This document shows, one piece after another, positions 9,711 to 21,862 of a stretch of 64,000 bases of DNA (position 1 is the first letter of the stretch; each line of letters starts with the position of its first letter). The position numbers and the translations under genes were made by a program. The notes beneath the pieces were generated by a model. The model saw only the letters and a program-made list of their open reading frames with translations, ran no database searches and was not told the origin of the DNA. The DNA is from Phaeosaccion multiseriatum (taxonomy: Eukaryota; Protista; Ochrophyta, other classes): contig OZ218954.1 in NCBI GenBank assembly GCA_965112735.1, positions 1,550,001 to 1,614,000 on the forward strand. Direction: 5' to 3'.

Positions 9711-12595
9711 ATGTTAGCGAGACGGTCGCTGCAGGACAGCAGAGGAGGCTTTCGGCGTTGGGTGGGCACGGACATCAAAGGCACTCTTCTCTTTGTTCTT
9801 GTTGCCCTCTACCTGGGGTCTTTGCTGTGGTGTTGGAGCGTATTTCCTCACAACCATGGTGGCCGAGGTATGGCTGGTGACGGAAATGCTGCTGCCGCGG
9901 TGCCTGGTGTCTCATACCCGGACTCTGTAGTCTTGAAGCTGGAGGAGGTGAACAATCAGGGGCAGCGGACACACAAGGAGACAGAACGGCAGGCGCTACT
10001 AGACCATAGAGACCAGGTTGAGAAACCGCAGAACAGGAAGCAGCAACAGCAACAGCAGCCACAGCAGCGGGACCATGACGGAGCTGTTCCAGTTGAAGAT
10101 AGGCTGGTGGAGAAGCTGCCAGATAAGGGGCTGAAGCAGCCACTCGAGCAGACTGACAAGGAGTTGCTAGAGAAGCTGAAGGAGGCGAAACAGCAGCCGC
10201 TCAAGGGCACCAGACGTGATCGTGATAGAGCCGCTGTGATTGCTGTCCCATATGCCTATAAGGAGCTGGAGCAACCACACAACCAGCGCTGGCTAAACCC
10301 TGACGCCCCGACTACGGGCTTTCATGTAGTCTCCAAGCCCGTGCACGAGCAGCTGTGCTACGATGAGCAAGGCGGGACAAGCAAGGGGGCGAGCGATTCA
10401 TCGGACGCGGCATCCATTCGTCATTGTATGCCCAACTTTGTCATCGTTGGTACAGGGCATGCTGGTTCTACCTCGCTGTACAACACCTTGGTGCAGCACC
10501 CTCAGGTTCTTCCAGCAGCAATGAAAGAGGTGCAGTGGTTTGCGGGCCGGAAGGAGGGATGGCTCAACGTTGAAAAGTACGCGGAGAAGTTCCCGGACAC
10601 GCAGGACGAGTACCATGTGACGGGCGAGGCTTCCACACACTACTTTGCAGACCCGGCAGTGCCCTCTCAGATGCGATGCCTGGTGCCAAACGCCCGCATT
10701 GTCATCCTGCTTCGAGAGCCCGGTGCTCACTGCTGGAGCGCAGCGGGCTACAAGCTCAAGAAGATTGGATGGGATGAGCAAGAGAAGATGTGGGATACGT
10801 GCGGCGGCAAGCTGTGGAAGGATGGAGAGAAGAATCGTCATCAGGACAATTACCACGTGAGTAGCTACAGCAGAGGGCGGGGTCGAGATCTTTCATCCAA
10901 GTACCAGCTCATTTCTTCCGCCACCTCTGCCTGTTCCGTGTCCACTACCGCCATTGTACTCCTCTTCTCACGCTCGTTCCTTCTTCGTCGCCTCCCTCAC
11001 CTCCCCTCCCTGCTCCCTCGCCCTCGCCTCCCTCACCTCCCTGCTCCCTCCCCTCCCTCCCCTCGCTCCCTCCCCTCCCCCCCCTCCTTCGCTCTTTCCC
11101 GTCCTTTGCCTCCCTCGCGTCCACCCCCCTTGACTTGCATTTGCTTGTGCAGCCTTGTCATCAGCCAGACCACTACATTGAAAGCTTGAAGCGGTGGTAC
11201 GCTCACTTTGCTCCGGAGCAGATCCTTGTGCTGTTCTCGGAGGAGCTTCGCCTGGACATGCCTGCTGCCCTTCGCAAGGTGGAAGACCATTTGAGCCTGG
11301 CACCCTTCGACTTTGGTCCAATTTTGGACGCAGAGCAGGCGCACAAGGCGCACGCGGGTGCCAGCGGAGGTATGCCACGCTCCTTCCGGACACTTTTTGA
11401 CCACTGCTTCAAAGCTACTGCTGTGGCCGTGAGGGACATGTTTCCCCAAAGGAATTTGACGGCTTTGGGTGATTGGGCAGATGTATTGAGTGGCAGTGCT
11501 AGCTACAGTGCATTACCTCAAGATGGGCAGGAGGAGGAGAAGTGGGTAGCTATCGTTCATTACCTCTGGTCCATGCCTATGGGAGACTTGGCGAGCCTCG
11601 CAACGCTGGAGACGAAGCTGGACAACAAGATTTGCTACTGCAAGCAGAAGGGCAAACGTTGCTCTGTGCACCTGGTGACTGCCAACTACTTTGGCGAGGA
11701 GGGTCTTGGCAAGATGCTTCCCGTACCGTGGCAGGAAGAGCCTCTGCTCATGACAGAAGAGCTCCGCAGTAGGTCCCCTCACTACGGCAAGCTCTTGGCG
11801 GTGGGGCGGGTGCTGATGGATGTGGGAGAGAGCACGAGCTGGGCGTACTACCACGATGTGTTTGACACGATGATTGTGGATTATTCCATCTCGATCAACG
11901 AGCTGCTCCCAGAGAGCATGGGCGACGAGTACGGCCTCGCCGTTTCGGACGCGCCGATCATGGGACCTTGTGCGGGTGCATACGCCATCAAGAACAATGC
12001 CGTGGGGCGCGAGATCTTGAGGGAGTGGTGGGACATGGCAAAGCACAAGCCCCCGCATGCAGACCAAGGGGCGCTTTATAATGTCATTCTGCGACGGACG
12101 AACGGCTCCACCTTCTTGCCAGGGAATGACGATGCGGTCGGCAAGTACGAAGATGAGTGCCTTCAGGATCCTCGGTACCGGCCGATTTGGGGCAAGCAGA
12201 CGGGCTGTTTCAACGAGTATATGCAAAAGCAGGGTCTCGGGTTCGGGCACCGTGCAGCCAAAGGTGTGTACTTCTTCGATGCTCGGGGCCCTGACATGCA
12301 AGCCTTTCCCTATGAGGGATATGGCAATCGCGCAGAGAAGGGCTACACAGACGTCTTTTACAGCCCCTTCAACTACAGCGATCGATGGGCGTCTGTGTTC
12401 CAGCCTGGCGACTTCCTCCTGCATGGCGGCAACTTGAAGGCATCAGCGCCCAGTGCCATTGCCAAACAAGACCGCAAAGAGCGCTGTGAAAAGGGACCCG
12501 CTGCCGCCTTTTTCGAGGATTGCACACACAAGGAGGAGTTTGGCGCATGCAGAACGTTCTTGACTTGGAAAGAGGGAGGCAGGGCCGAGCCGTGA
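9711..12595 (+). CDS. Type II membrane sulfotransferase (HS3ST-like) fused to a GT34 (GMA12/MNN10)-like glycosyltransferase; intron 10857-11152
   Basis: TM LLFVLVALYLGSLLWCW. 5'-PSB motif PNFVIVGTGHAGSTSLY, then KEVQWF, GEASTHYF, ARIVILLREP. A phase-0 GTGAGT...TGCAG intron joins to YIESLKRWYAHFAPEQILVLFSEEL. GT34-like motifs follow: YGKLLAV, HDVFDTMIVD, AGAYAIKN, ADQGAL, PGDFLLH. Confidence 0.85.
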
Positions 12596-13313
12596 TGTGC
12601 AGCCTTCTGTGCGCTCTTGTCTGGCCTTGACGTCCCTCTGACCGCGAGGGAAGCAGTGCACGGAACTATTTGAAGCTTCCGGGCCGCAGCGACACCATCC
12701 AATACCAGCACTAGCTAGCTCGCAGCACGAGGACCCGCCGGCGGAGGAGAGGCCACAGCGATGAGAGCAAAGCTGTGTTGGAGAGAAAGAGAGCCTCTCT
12801 CGAGCTCGGCGAACAATGCTGAAGCGTGTCTACGTCAGGCTGTGAGACCTTCTCCTACCTCTTGAAGCAAGGCAATTGCGCCCCTGGCTGCCTGCGCCCC
12901 TGGCTGCCTGCGGCCCTGGCTGATCCCCTGACAGCGACGCGCGAGCCGGAGCCCAGGGTTCTTTCGCCGCTCGAACTCTATGCGTCGCTCCTCCCAATAC
13001 CTTAGCTAGGCGCCATGCTCACGTTGCGAGCACTCGACCTCGGTTGGGCCCACCCGGGCGCAGAACGGAAGCGGCTGCTGAACTGAAATTGAAATTTCTC
13101 GTGCTGCAGGACGTAGTGTAACAAGTAGAGTTACCAACGGGAAGAAAAAGGAAGAGAAAAGTCGCATTACATAGTGAGAAATATGCTCGCTTCGGCAGTT
13201 CTTCGGCCTGTCCAAGTGCCGACGACTTGGAACGAGCAAGCCTGCTTCAGGGCTCCTGATATGTCACTGCTTCGCCCACAGCCAAAAGCGTAAATTTTCA
13301 AAAAGCTTCACTC

Positions 13314-14420
13314 CTACTGTACAACCACGGCATCACACACCAGGTGGAACAAGACCGACAGTTGGAGCTGTACAAGTTTTCTGTCGAAGTGCCTGCCGTC
13401 TCTTTTTGAAGTGAAGGTGCACATGTTGTCCGTGATCCGGAAGCCGTCCACTACACGCACCCGGGGATAGTGCTCGGTCAAGAATGCCAGAGCCCGTGTT
13501 TATTTATTATTTATCTTTTGCCGGTCAAACACGGACGTGTAACGCTCAATCGAATCTGCATACTTGTAGTCCGGCGATTTGGGCGGTAGAAACGACGAGT
13601 TTGCGCTTGTCACCGCTGCCAAGGTTTTCTTGTATGCACCGTCCCAACCCCCCGTGCATATGCTATTTGTCAGCATCCAAACGATGATGAACACATAAGT
13701 CGGTCGAGCGAGAATCGCCAAGCATCAGGTGATGAAGAGCGCAGTTAATGTACACAATGCGGGGCTGAGTGTCCACCACCGCTTGCTTCAACGTGAAATG
13801 TGCTTGTTTGGCAAGAAATAGCCGACGCCTGGTGGGTTGAAGCTAAACACGCGTACCGCACTCTTCCCGAGTTTTCTTTTGCTCTCCTTCTCCTGCCTTT
13901 CGAATTCCTCCACCTGCTTGCGTATGAGGGAGTCTCCAATCGCCAATATGGCGTTCGGGACAAAGTCTCGCGCTGCAAAGGATGGCAGTGCCGAATACGT
14001 GCAGATGCACGCCTGAGCAAAGTCTGCGCACACTGTTTCGTTTTGAGGTACGCGCTGCTCCTCGTAAAATAGTAGTCCACGAAACTGGTCGATGTAAGCA
14101 TTGATGTGACGCATATCCCCGCAAGTAGCGCACACGTTGCTGTACAGAAGAAGTGGGGCGACCGGATCAGGGAAGCACCGCACAACGTCATAGCTTCGAT
14201 TGAGGTACTCGAAGGCAGTGTCGGAGCCTTTCTCTCGATTCGCATCCACCCGTTCGTATTTCAGGCGGGGCACATGCGCGGCTGTATCGAGGAGAGAGGC
14301 GAGGAGAGAGCCCGGGGGGAGGGGGGTGGCGAAGGCAAATAACATTGCAGTGATAGAAGGTACGAAGTAAATGTTAGTAAAAAGAATCTGGAATAGCTTT
14401 CGCCTCACTTCCACGCTCAC
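13314..14420 (-). pseudogene. SGNH/PC-esterase (TBL/Cas1p-like) polysaccharide O-acyltransferase or esterase, frameshifted
   Basis: Motifs across three frames, in order: ILAIGDSLIR (GDS), IVYINCALHH, IIVWMLTN, RVVDGFRIT, DGRHF (DxxH). One in-frame TAA at 13500-13502. Confidence 0.7.
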
Positions 14421-14509
14421 CTTCTTGTTGTTGCTGCTGGCTCTGTTGCAGCTTTAATGTCCAGAACACCAGCGGTGCTGGGCAAAAAGGAAGGAGGGAG
14501 AGAGAGAGA

Positions 14510-14566
14510 GGAGGAGGAGGAGGAGGAGGAGGAGGAGGAGGAGGAGGAGGAGGAGGAGGAGGAGGA
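14510..14566. repeat. (GGA)n microsatellite
   Basis: Directly visible. Confidence 0.95.
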
Positions 14567-15284
14567 ATGCTTTTCGGGTACAAATTATCAACCCGCGACA
14601 GCACAGTTCAATGGACTACATATAGAGAGCAGGTAGCGGTACTACATTAGCAAAGGCTACAAAAAAAGGGGGGGAAAGAACAAATAACAAATAATGGGAA
14701 ATTTACTTCTTCCCCCCCCGTGCGTGTTGTAATCCGCCGATTTGAGGCAGCACAGATGGCACCGTACTCCCTCTCGTCTCTCACACACACCCCCACACAC
14801 ACTTTCAGTTTCAGTTTCTCAGGTGATTCCTCTTAAGTCAATATATGTCCTCCCATGCATATGGGGGAGGGGGATAGGGGAGCGCCCGACAGAACCCTTT
14901 CTTACTTTCGCAAGGCCATACGGTCGGCGTCCGCTTCGCTCCTACACTCGTCCTACCTCCCCCTCTCCACCAACACAGCGAGCAACGAGTACCTCATCAT
15001 CCCTCCCTCTCCCGTGCGCTCTCTCACGCCATTGGCCGTTCTGTCGGCTGAGGCGGCAAGATCAGCAGCAAGAGGGTGATGAAAAGGGGGGGGAGAGGGA
15101 TGGGAAGGGGACAGTAAAGCAGCGGAGGGGGTGGCGGAGCGGACCTCGCATGACGGAGTTCTTGTCACCAACACCAGGAGGGGAGATACCTTCAACGTCT
15201 TTGCATGTAAGTGATGTAAGAGGAGTCCAACCCACATATATCCCACATTCCAACCCGATCCCAACCCCTTGGAGTGAATGACTG

Positions 15285-18200
15285 ATGTCTCTTCCTCCGT
15301 CTCCCTCCGTGTATGTCAAGCTGGAGTCAGGGGAGGGCGCACGTATGGAGAGACTGATATACGTGGAACACAGAGTAGTGAAAAGCAGATGGGGCCCCTT
15401 CTCTAACCTCTCCCTTGTTGATGCAGTCCTGCCCTCTTCGGTGGGAGCGAGGGAAAGGAATCGGAATTGTGCTTGGATGCGAGGGCAGCGTTGGTGCTCG
15501 CGAAAGACTGCTCCGACGGGGCGGCAGAGAATCTGGCGGAGATATTTCGAAGAGGACGCAGAAGGGGATGGGGCGGGAAGTCAGATGCACGTCGCCGCCC
15601 GCTTGGGGCAACCAGGAGAGGTACTCTGAACTGCGCCCTCCTTCATTTGGAGGGAGGGGGATTGTGAACCGACCGCTATGACGACCACCTCATTAGGCGA
15701 GAAGGTAAGATGGAGGAGTCCACGATACGCCATTGCTCTTTCTCCACTCTTTCCACTTTCACGTTCACTGCGCGGATTGTGTGGGCGAGTACGAAGCCCT
15801 GATACTAAGCGCTTCTCTGGCTCATGTCGTCCCTTCTGCTCCTCGTCCTCAGGAAAAGCTTGCCCTGCGTCGCAGTCAGGAGGCGCAAGCGCGGAGGGGT
15901 GGAGAGGAAGTGTCTCGGCCCGCAGCTCGTTTTCACATGCCACAGCAATGCCAGCACATGTAGGAGAGCCCCACACACCTGTGAAGAGTGCCGTAGCTGT
16001 GATCCTCCGGTCAGCGAAAGACAGCGGCTCGCTCTCGGGGGACGAAGTAGACTGTCTGATGGAAGACGAGGGTCTGAGGGAGAACTTTTTTGCAGCGGCA
16101 CAGCAGTGCATAATCCTGAGATGGAACGTGGGTAGGCCTCTCATCGAGTGCCTCATTTGCGGTCCACGCCCGACAGTGATTGTCGCAGATGGTGTCACCA
16201 TTGGGCACAACGAGTGCCTCGCGTCCTTCCTGCAGGAGAAAAGGGGTGAGAGGGTTAAGCACAAGACAACGTAGGCGCCTCAGAAGGGGGTGGCTCCAGC
16301 GACGTACACTATGTTTGTGCCCGTCCAGGCTGATGTCGGGAGTCTCTTGAACAGCTTCTTGGGACGGAAAGGCCTTTCGGCGGAGGAGTTCACACGCCTG
16401 TGCGCCATCAGTCCTCTCTGGCTCTGCTCTCTACTCGGAGCTGCCAAGCAAGGATACATCCTGCAGTGCGAGGGCCGGGGTGTGGAGGAGGATGATGGGG
16501 TGCGTTGCCTGCGCGGGAGAATATAGCAGGAAGCTTGGAGAAGGCTCTTACGCAATCAGTGCGCCCGCTCGTCGTGTGAGCCTATCCAGCAGGTGAGATA
16601 GAGAGACTAGGATTCAGCTTTGGACGCTCAATCTAGTTTTGCATGTGTCATGTCTCTACTTATGCCTCTCGCATGTACTTCGTTGATTCTCGCAAACACG
16701 TCTCGACGATCGTACCTGACACCTCCCCTTTGCCCACCGCTCTTATCCCTCGATCCCAGACCATCGGGGTGACGGTGACGGAGCAGACCTCCCTCACGGC
16801 GTCGATTCGGACGAGCAGTTCTCCTGACGTCACCTGCTCGATCTCTATTGCGGCGAAGAGGAGCTGGAAGGGACACGTCCGCCGCGTTCAAGCGCATTCG
16901 CGAAGGAGGTCGTAAACAGATCCTTGTTACCCGCTTTCAGGTCATACCGTATTTCCTGGCGAAGTGCAGTGTGGACCACCCGGGGCTGCTTCGAATTCCT
17001 GGATTCCTCCTACCCCTCTTTGGACGGTTTGCATTCTTTCAGATTCAGAATACCTTTCGGGCCGCGGTGTGGAGCTCCTTGGCAAGGCAGAGACGAACAG
17101 AAGCAGCAGCGTGGAGGTGGGGGACGAGGACAACGTGGAGGAGGGGTGGCGAGGAAAGAGGGTCTGTGAGCTCGCTTGCCTTGAGGAGAGACAGCCAGTC
17201 AGTACAACACGAGACTTCAGGGAAAGGTCTCATTTCGCTGAGGCCCTCCGACGTGTTCGACCAGTCCCTGCATTTGCCGCTGATGTCCGAGGCGGTGAGA
17301 AGGAGGACGAAGGGGGATGGACGAAGAACGAGCTGTCGATCCGGACCAGAACTCCTGGCGTCTTCATCCTGACTTGTCCACACCGGTAAGAGTGTAAGGG
17401 GGATGGGGAGGGAGGCAAAGCAGTGTTTGTCCTTCACCGCGCTACATCGTCCTTTCCTTAAATCGCTCTGTACCGTAGCACTAATCATACCGACCTCTGA
17501 CTCAATATCATGACTCGATATCCTCACTCCCACTGACTTTCCCTTTTCAGGTTGTGCTACGGTGCCTCAATATCTTGCTCGATTCGCTCGTCCAATTCGC
17601 CATTCTCAGCCCCCCCCCCCCTTCTTACTGATTTCTTTTTTGAGTTTAATAAGCATTGATTGCTCTCTCCTTCCCCACTTCTTCGCCGCTTGTAATCTGG
17701 CAAAGTGGTTGTTTGTGTTGCGCATGCCAGAGGTCCTGGCATCTGTGGTCTTCTTCGTAGATAAAGTCCACCATGCGGGCCACAACGACTGCATCAACAC
17801 GTTCAGCTTGGGGGGCTTCGAGACGCCCTCGTCTGACAACGGATCGACCAACGCCCTTGCACATTTCTAGACGGCAATGTTTAGCAGCACTGCCTCCCCT
17901 GCTCTGGGGCGTCTTGAAAACACACAGACAGCCGAGCAGCTCAACAGGTATGTAGCTGTTGCCCTGACTTGCTGAGAGAGCCCCCCATCCCTCCATCTGT
18001 TGTGTTCTGTTGTCTCCCTCTTGTTTGGCATCTCGTCTAGATGTACGGCCTCCTCGATGCTTTCCTTCATCTCCCCGACACGTCTGGGGTGTATGCGAGT
18101 ATCTGTGGTGTGTGTGCTCCTGTCGCGCTTTTGTGTCTGCTAAGTGTGCCTGAAGGGGTCGAACATGCCTTTGGCGAGATATTGGCGATCCTCGATGCTT

Positions 18201-18700
18201 TCCTTCATCTCCCCAACGCATCTGGGGTGTGTGGGAGTAATCTGTGGTGAGTGTGGGGATGCTCCTGTCGTTCTTTTGTGGCTGCTAAGTGTACCTGAAG
18301 GGCTAGAACATGCCTTTGGCGAGATGTTTGCGATGCTCGATGCTTTCCTTCATCTCCCCGACACCTCTGGGGTGTGTGGGAGTATCTGTGCTGTGCATGG
18401 GGGTGGTCCTGTCGTGTGTTGGTGCCTGTTTGATGTTGTTTGTGTGCGTGCTCGATGTCTGTGCTCATTCAGTTTGGGTCAACTCTCCGCCCCCATCCCC
18501 CACCGTTTCCTGCTGCCGCCAGACTGCTGAAGAAGCTCCGCACCCCGCTATCGCTTTTGAACAGTGGGAGCTCCATGCACTTCATGGAGCCTGTGGGGAA
18601 GGAGTATGCTTTGTCCGCTCTTCGGACCCGCTGTGCAGTGCTTCAGTACGTGTTCTCGTCTGACGCGCTGCGTCGAAACGACCTGACCACGGCCCTGGTA
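15285..18700 (+). mobile_element. KDZ (Kyakuja-Dileera-Zisupton) superfamily transposase, intron-containing and degraded
   Basis: Ordered motifs CLICGPRPTVIVADGVTIG; RTPGVFILTCPH; ACNLAKWLFVLRMPE...FFVDKVHHAGHNDC; NTQTAEQLN, intron, RLLKKLRTPLS. Stops and frameshifts present. Outer limits approximate. Confidence 0.8.
18053..18395. repeat. Tandem repeat of ~140 bp, about 2.4 copies, inside a KDZ intron
   Basis: CTCGATGCTTTCCTTCATCTCCCC recurs at 18053, 18191 and 18336. Confidence 0.85.
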
Positions 18701-19537
18701 CTGCGCCGAGCGCGAGATGACGGGCAGGGCCATGCACACAGACAAGGAGGGCATCCTCATCCTCAGGTGTGGCGAGGTGGGTTGCATCAGAGGGTGGAAG
18801 GGTGGGCGGTTGGGTGTCAGGATAAGAGGGTAGGTGCGTGCGTTGGTGGGTGCGTGCGTGGAGAGGCGGGTGGATGGGTGTCAGGACAAGAGGGTGGGTG
18901 CGTGCATGGGTGAATGGGTGGTTTGGTGGGTGAATGGGTGCGTGGGAGGGCGGATGGGTGGGTGTCTGGACAAGAGGGTGCCTGCGTGGGTGGGTTTGTG
19001 CGTGGATGGGAGGGTGGGTGCTTGTCAGGACAAATAGGTCGGTGCGTGCGTGCGTGTGTGGATGTTTTGTCTGCCCCCAAGTATACTCCGTCTGCAGTCT
19101 TATTCACGGATAGGAGGGACGGATTTTGAGTTGCATGACCCACGCGTCCTAAGGGAAGGGGGCGGGGGTGACACCAAGGGAGCTGGACGAGACACAGTGT
19201 CGCAGCAAGAGCCGCCTCACAGCCCATATGAAGAGGTTTCTTGTCTCGGTAGAAACCAGATCGGCCGGCTTTGAGGGGGGGGTTGTGGGGGCGTGCTATC
19301 CGCTATCGGCCGGCGACAGATAGCGGGCCCCGATAGCGCGCTATCAAGAATGTAGGCCGGTCTGGAGCCGAAGGGGTCGACCACCCACACGGTGGATTTG
19401 GGGGTACGGATACGAGGGATTTCCCTAAAAAAAGATTCTATTATTGACATACGCGAAAAATTGTTGCCACGACGGGCTCCCACGGCTTTGTTCACTCTGC
19501 TGCCCCTGACACAGCTGGACACAACCTAGTGAAAAGT

Positions 19538-21139
19538 ATGGCGAAAGCAGTGAAATGGGCGCTGTCCCTTCTGTTTGGCATGATCATGGTTGGGGTGGTG
19601 CTACAGAGCATGATTAGAAACCATTTTGGGGGAGAAAGCCACTTACCACATACCATGCCAGATGTACCAGATGCAAAGGGCGGATCGAAGCCAGCGAAAG
19701 CGCCCACATTCGATCCGCCCATTCACGTGCTGTGGCCGGGTAGTCACGAGCGGGAGGCCCTTGTCTCGCTCGGAGCGTGCCTCTCAAGCATCAAAGGGGA
19801 GAATGGCGCCGCCCAAGCCGGGTGGACAACTGGGGAGTACTGCCCAGAAACACGAAATCTCGACTACTATATACAGCAATACCCAGAGTATTATGCATGG
19901 GCTAAGGAGCATGTCCAGGAGAAGTGGGTAATGGGATCGGAGGAGCCTGATGACGACTTTATGAAATGTGAGGCACATGAAGTTCCGGAGGCAATAGTCG
20001 GCGGCGTTCTGGTCAGGGCAAAACACCCAAGAGCACGAGCAGTAGCATCAGCAGCAGCGACGATGGAGGAGGGCAAGGCGACCATCAGCGAGCTCTATGT
20101 GATCGATGACGAGGTATCTCGAATGACGGTGCAGAAGAACATCTACAACGTGTTTGTCACGCATGCCAGTAAATACATCTGGTGCCCTCTACGGTTGGCT
20201 TTGCAAGCGGCGGCGAGGGGAAAGAGGGTGACCCTCGCTCGGAAGACAAAGAAAGCACCTGCAGTTTTGTTTTGGAAGGACCTATTACAAGACGTCTCCG
20301 ACGCGCCATTTTCCCCCGGAGGCACGTACAGTCGCATCTTTACCGCCAAGATTGGCGGAGCAGCGGACCAGATTGCACACTCTTCGCAAGCCCGGCCGAA
20401 CACACAGCCGGACGTGCGGGGTGTCATGAAGACAGCAGATGCTGTCGTGAACAAGATCCTGCCCTCCAAGGGAGGAGATGCAGAGAAGGGTTGTGGGGAG
20501 AAGGGGGGTGTCCTGCTGGTGCAGCGCGCGGCGTGGTTTCGAAGGCAGCTTGGGGGGGCAGAGACAGGCACGCTCACAGAAGTAGTGGATGCCTTGCTCG
20601 CTCAAGACTTGTGTGTGGAGGTGGCAGACCTCTCCAGGGCCACCCCTCTGCAACAGATAACCAGCGCTCGGCGCGCGCACGTTTTCCTGTCTGTATATGG
20701 GGCGCAGTTGACCAACTTGGTTTGGATGAAGGCTGGCTCGACTGTGGTCGAGATCAAGCAGAATTTCGGCTTTTGTTGTAAAGAGGTGCCCAGAGGCGCG
20801 TATTTGGAGGATGGACGCTTGACAGACCCTGCTGCCTGCCTGGGTAAGTGTTGTGACCGCTGCGACGGATACTCCAACGCTGACTTTCACAACTTGGCCA
20901 GAAGGTTTGGACACCGACACGTGCAGCACACACCCGTGTATTCGACTCCCCCCCTTTCAAGAAATCCAGTCAATCGAGAAGTCACGCTGGTGAACGCGAC
21001 CCACCTGGCCGAGGTCGTCAAGGAAGCGTACACACATACAAACGCCGTGTACAACGTTTCTTCGTTCCCGAACGTTCGACCTGGGGCCCAGCGGCCTGGG
21101 GCCCAGCAGCGCGATGGGAAACCAGCGCGTACTCACTAG
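19538..21139 (+). CDS. Glycosyltransferase family 61-like type II membrane protein, intronless
   Basis: TM WALSLLFGMIMVGVVL. Motifs VLLVQRAAWFRRQL, EVVDAL, TPLQQITSARRAHVFLSVYGAQLTNLVWMKAGSTVVEI. Confidence 0.85.
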   Translation: MAKAVKWALSLLFGMIMVGVVLQSMIRNHFGGESHLPHTMPDVPDAKGGSKPAKAPTFDPPIHVLWPGSHEREALVSLGACLSSIKGENGAAQAGWTTGEYCPETRNLDYYIQQYPEYYAWAKEHVQEKWVMGSEEPDDDFMKCEAHEVPEAIVGGVLVRAKHPRARAVASAAATMEEGKATISELYVIDDEVSRMTVQKNIYNVFVTHASKYIWCPLRLALQAAARGKRVTLARKTKKAPAVLFWKDLLQDVSDAPFSPGGTYSRIFTAKIGGAADQIAHSSQARPNTQPDVRGVMKTADAVVNKILPSKGGDAEKGCGEKGGVLLVQRAAWFRRQLGGAETGTLTEVVDALLAQDLCVEVADLSRATPLQQITSARRAHVFLSVYGAQLTNLVWMKAGSTVVEIKQNFGFCCKEVPRGAYLEDGRLTDPAACLGKCCDRCDGYSNADFHNLARRFGHRHVQHTPVYSTPPLSRNPVNREVTLVNATHLAEVVKEAYTHTNAVYNVSSFPNVRPGAQRPGAQQRDGKPARTH

Positions 21140-21862
21140 CGATGACGCGCGAAATGTTACGACCCGAGCTGCGGCGCAGTGCAGATTGGCTCCTTAACAG
21201 CTCTGAAGCCGGGACGCTCCGACGAGGCACTCGCTCACGATTGACGACTGGAGCGAGCAGGAGCGACCATCTTTCAAGTCATGGGGGCCCCACGCTGCTC
21301 TTCAGCGGTGCCCTTCCAGTGCTCACAGGGGCCAACGACTGTTGGGCGGGCAATGCGTGGTCGGCTTAGGGAAGAGCACCCCCCCCCCGGGGAGGAAAGT
21401 TGGACTATCCCCCCTCCCCACTCCCACTAACCATTCCCTCTTCCCCCTTCGGGGCGCGAAAAAGTTTGGGGTAAGATTCTTAGACGGTTTATGTACAGCC
21501 GTAGATTAGTGAGTGGACGCTTCAATGAGGGAGCACAAGAGTTTCGTTCTAGAATTTTTAATACAACATGTGTACCTCCTTGACGGCCGGTCGCGCGTGC
21601 GTGCATCTTGGAGCGTTAATTGCTACTGGCCGTGGAGCGAACTCTCCTTCGTATCAAGACATCAGCAGCACTTGGCGCGTGACTGCTGGCAGGGAGATGT
21701 ATGCCCAATTTCCCAGCACCCAAACCAAGCTGGTTCCGAGTCCTTCCGCCGCCGCCTCCTCCTCCACCGGGTCCTGTGATTCCGGCAATACCGTGCCGGG
21801 CCCATTCCCATCCCACCAACTGGGAAAGTGTGCCTGCTCAGCAGCTCTCTTCGAAGCTCTCG

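Noticed and set aside
11513-12424. Long antisense ORFs here and at 21998-22843, 48685-49395 and 55402-56118
   Set aside because: Shadow ORFs opposite well-supported genes in GC-rich DNA.
13183-13198. TGCTCGCTTCGGCAG, identical to the 5' end of metazoan U6 snRNA
   Set aside because: No ACAGAGA box or remaining U6 sequence follows; treated as chance.
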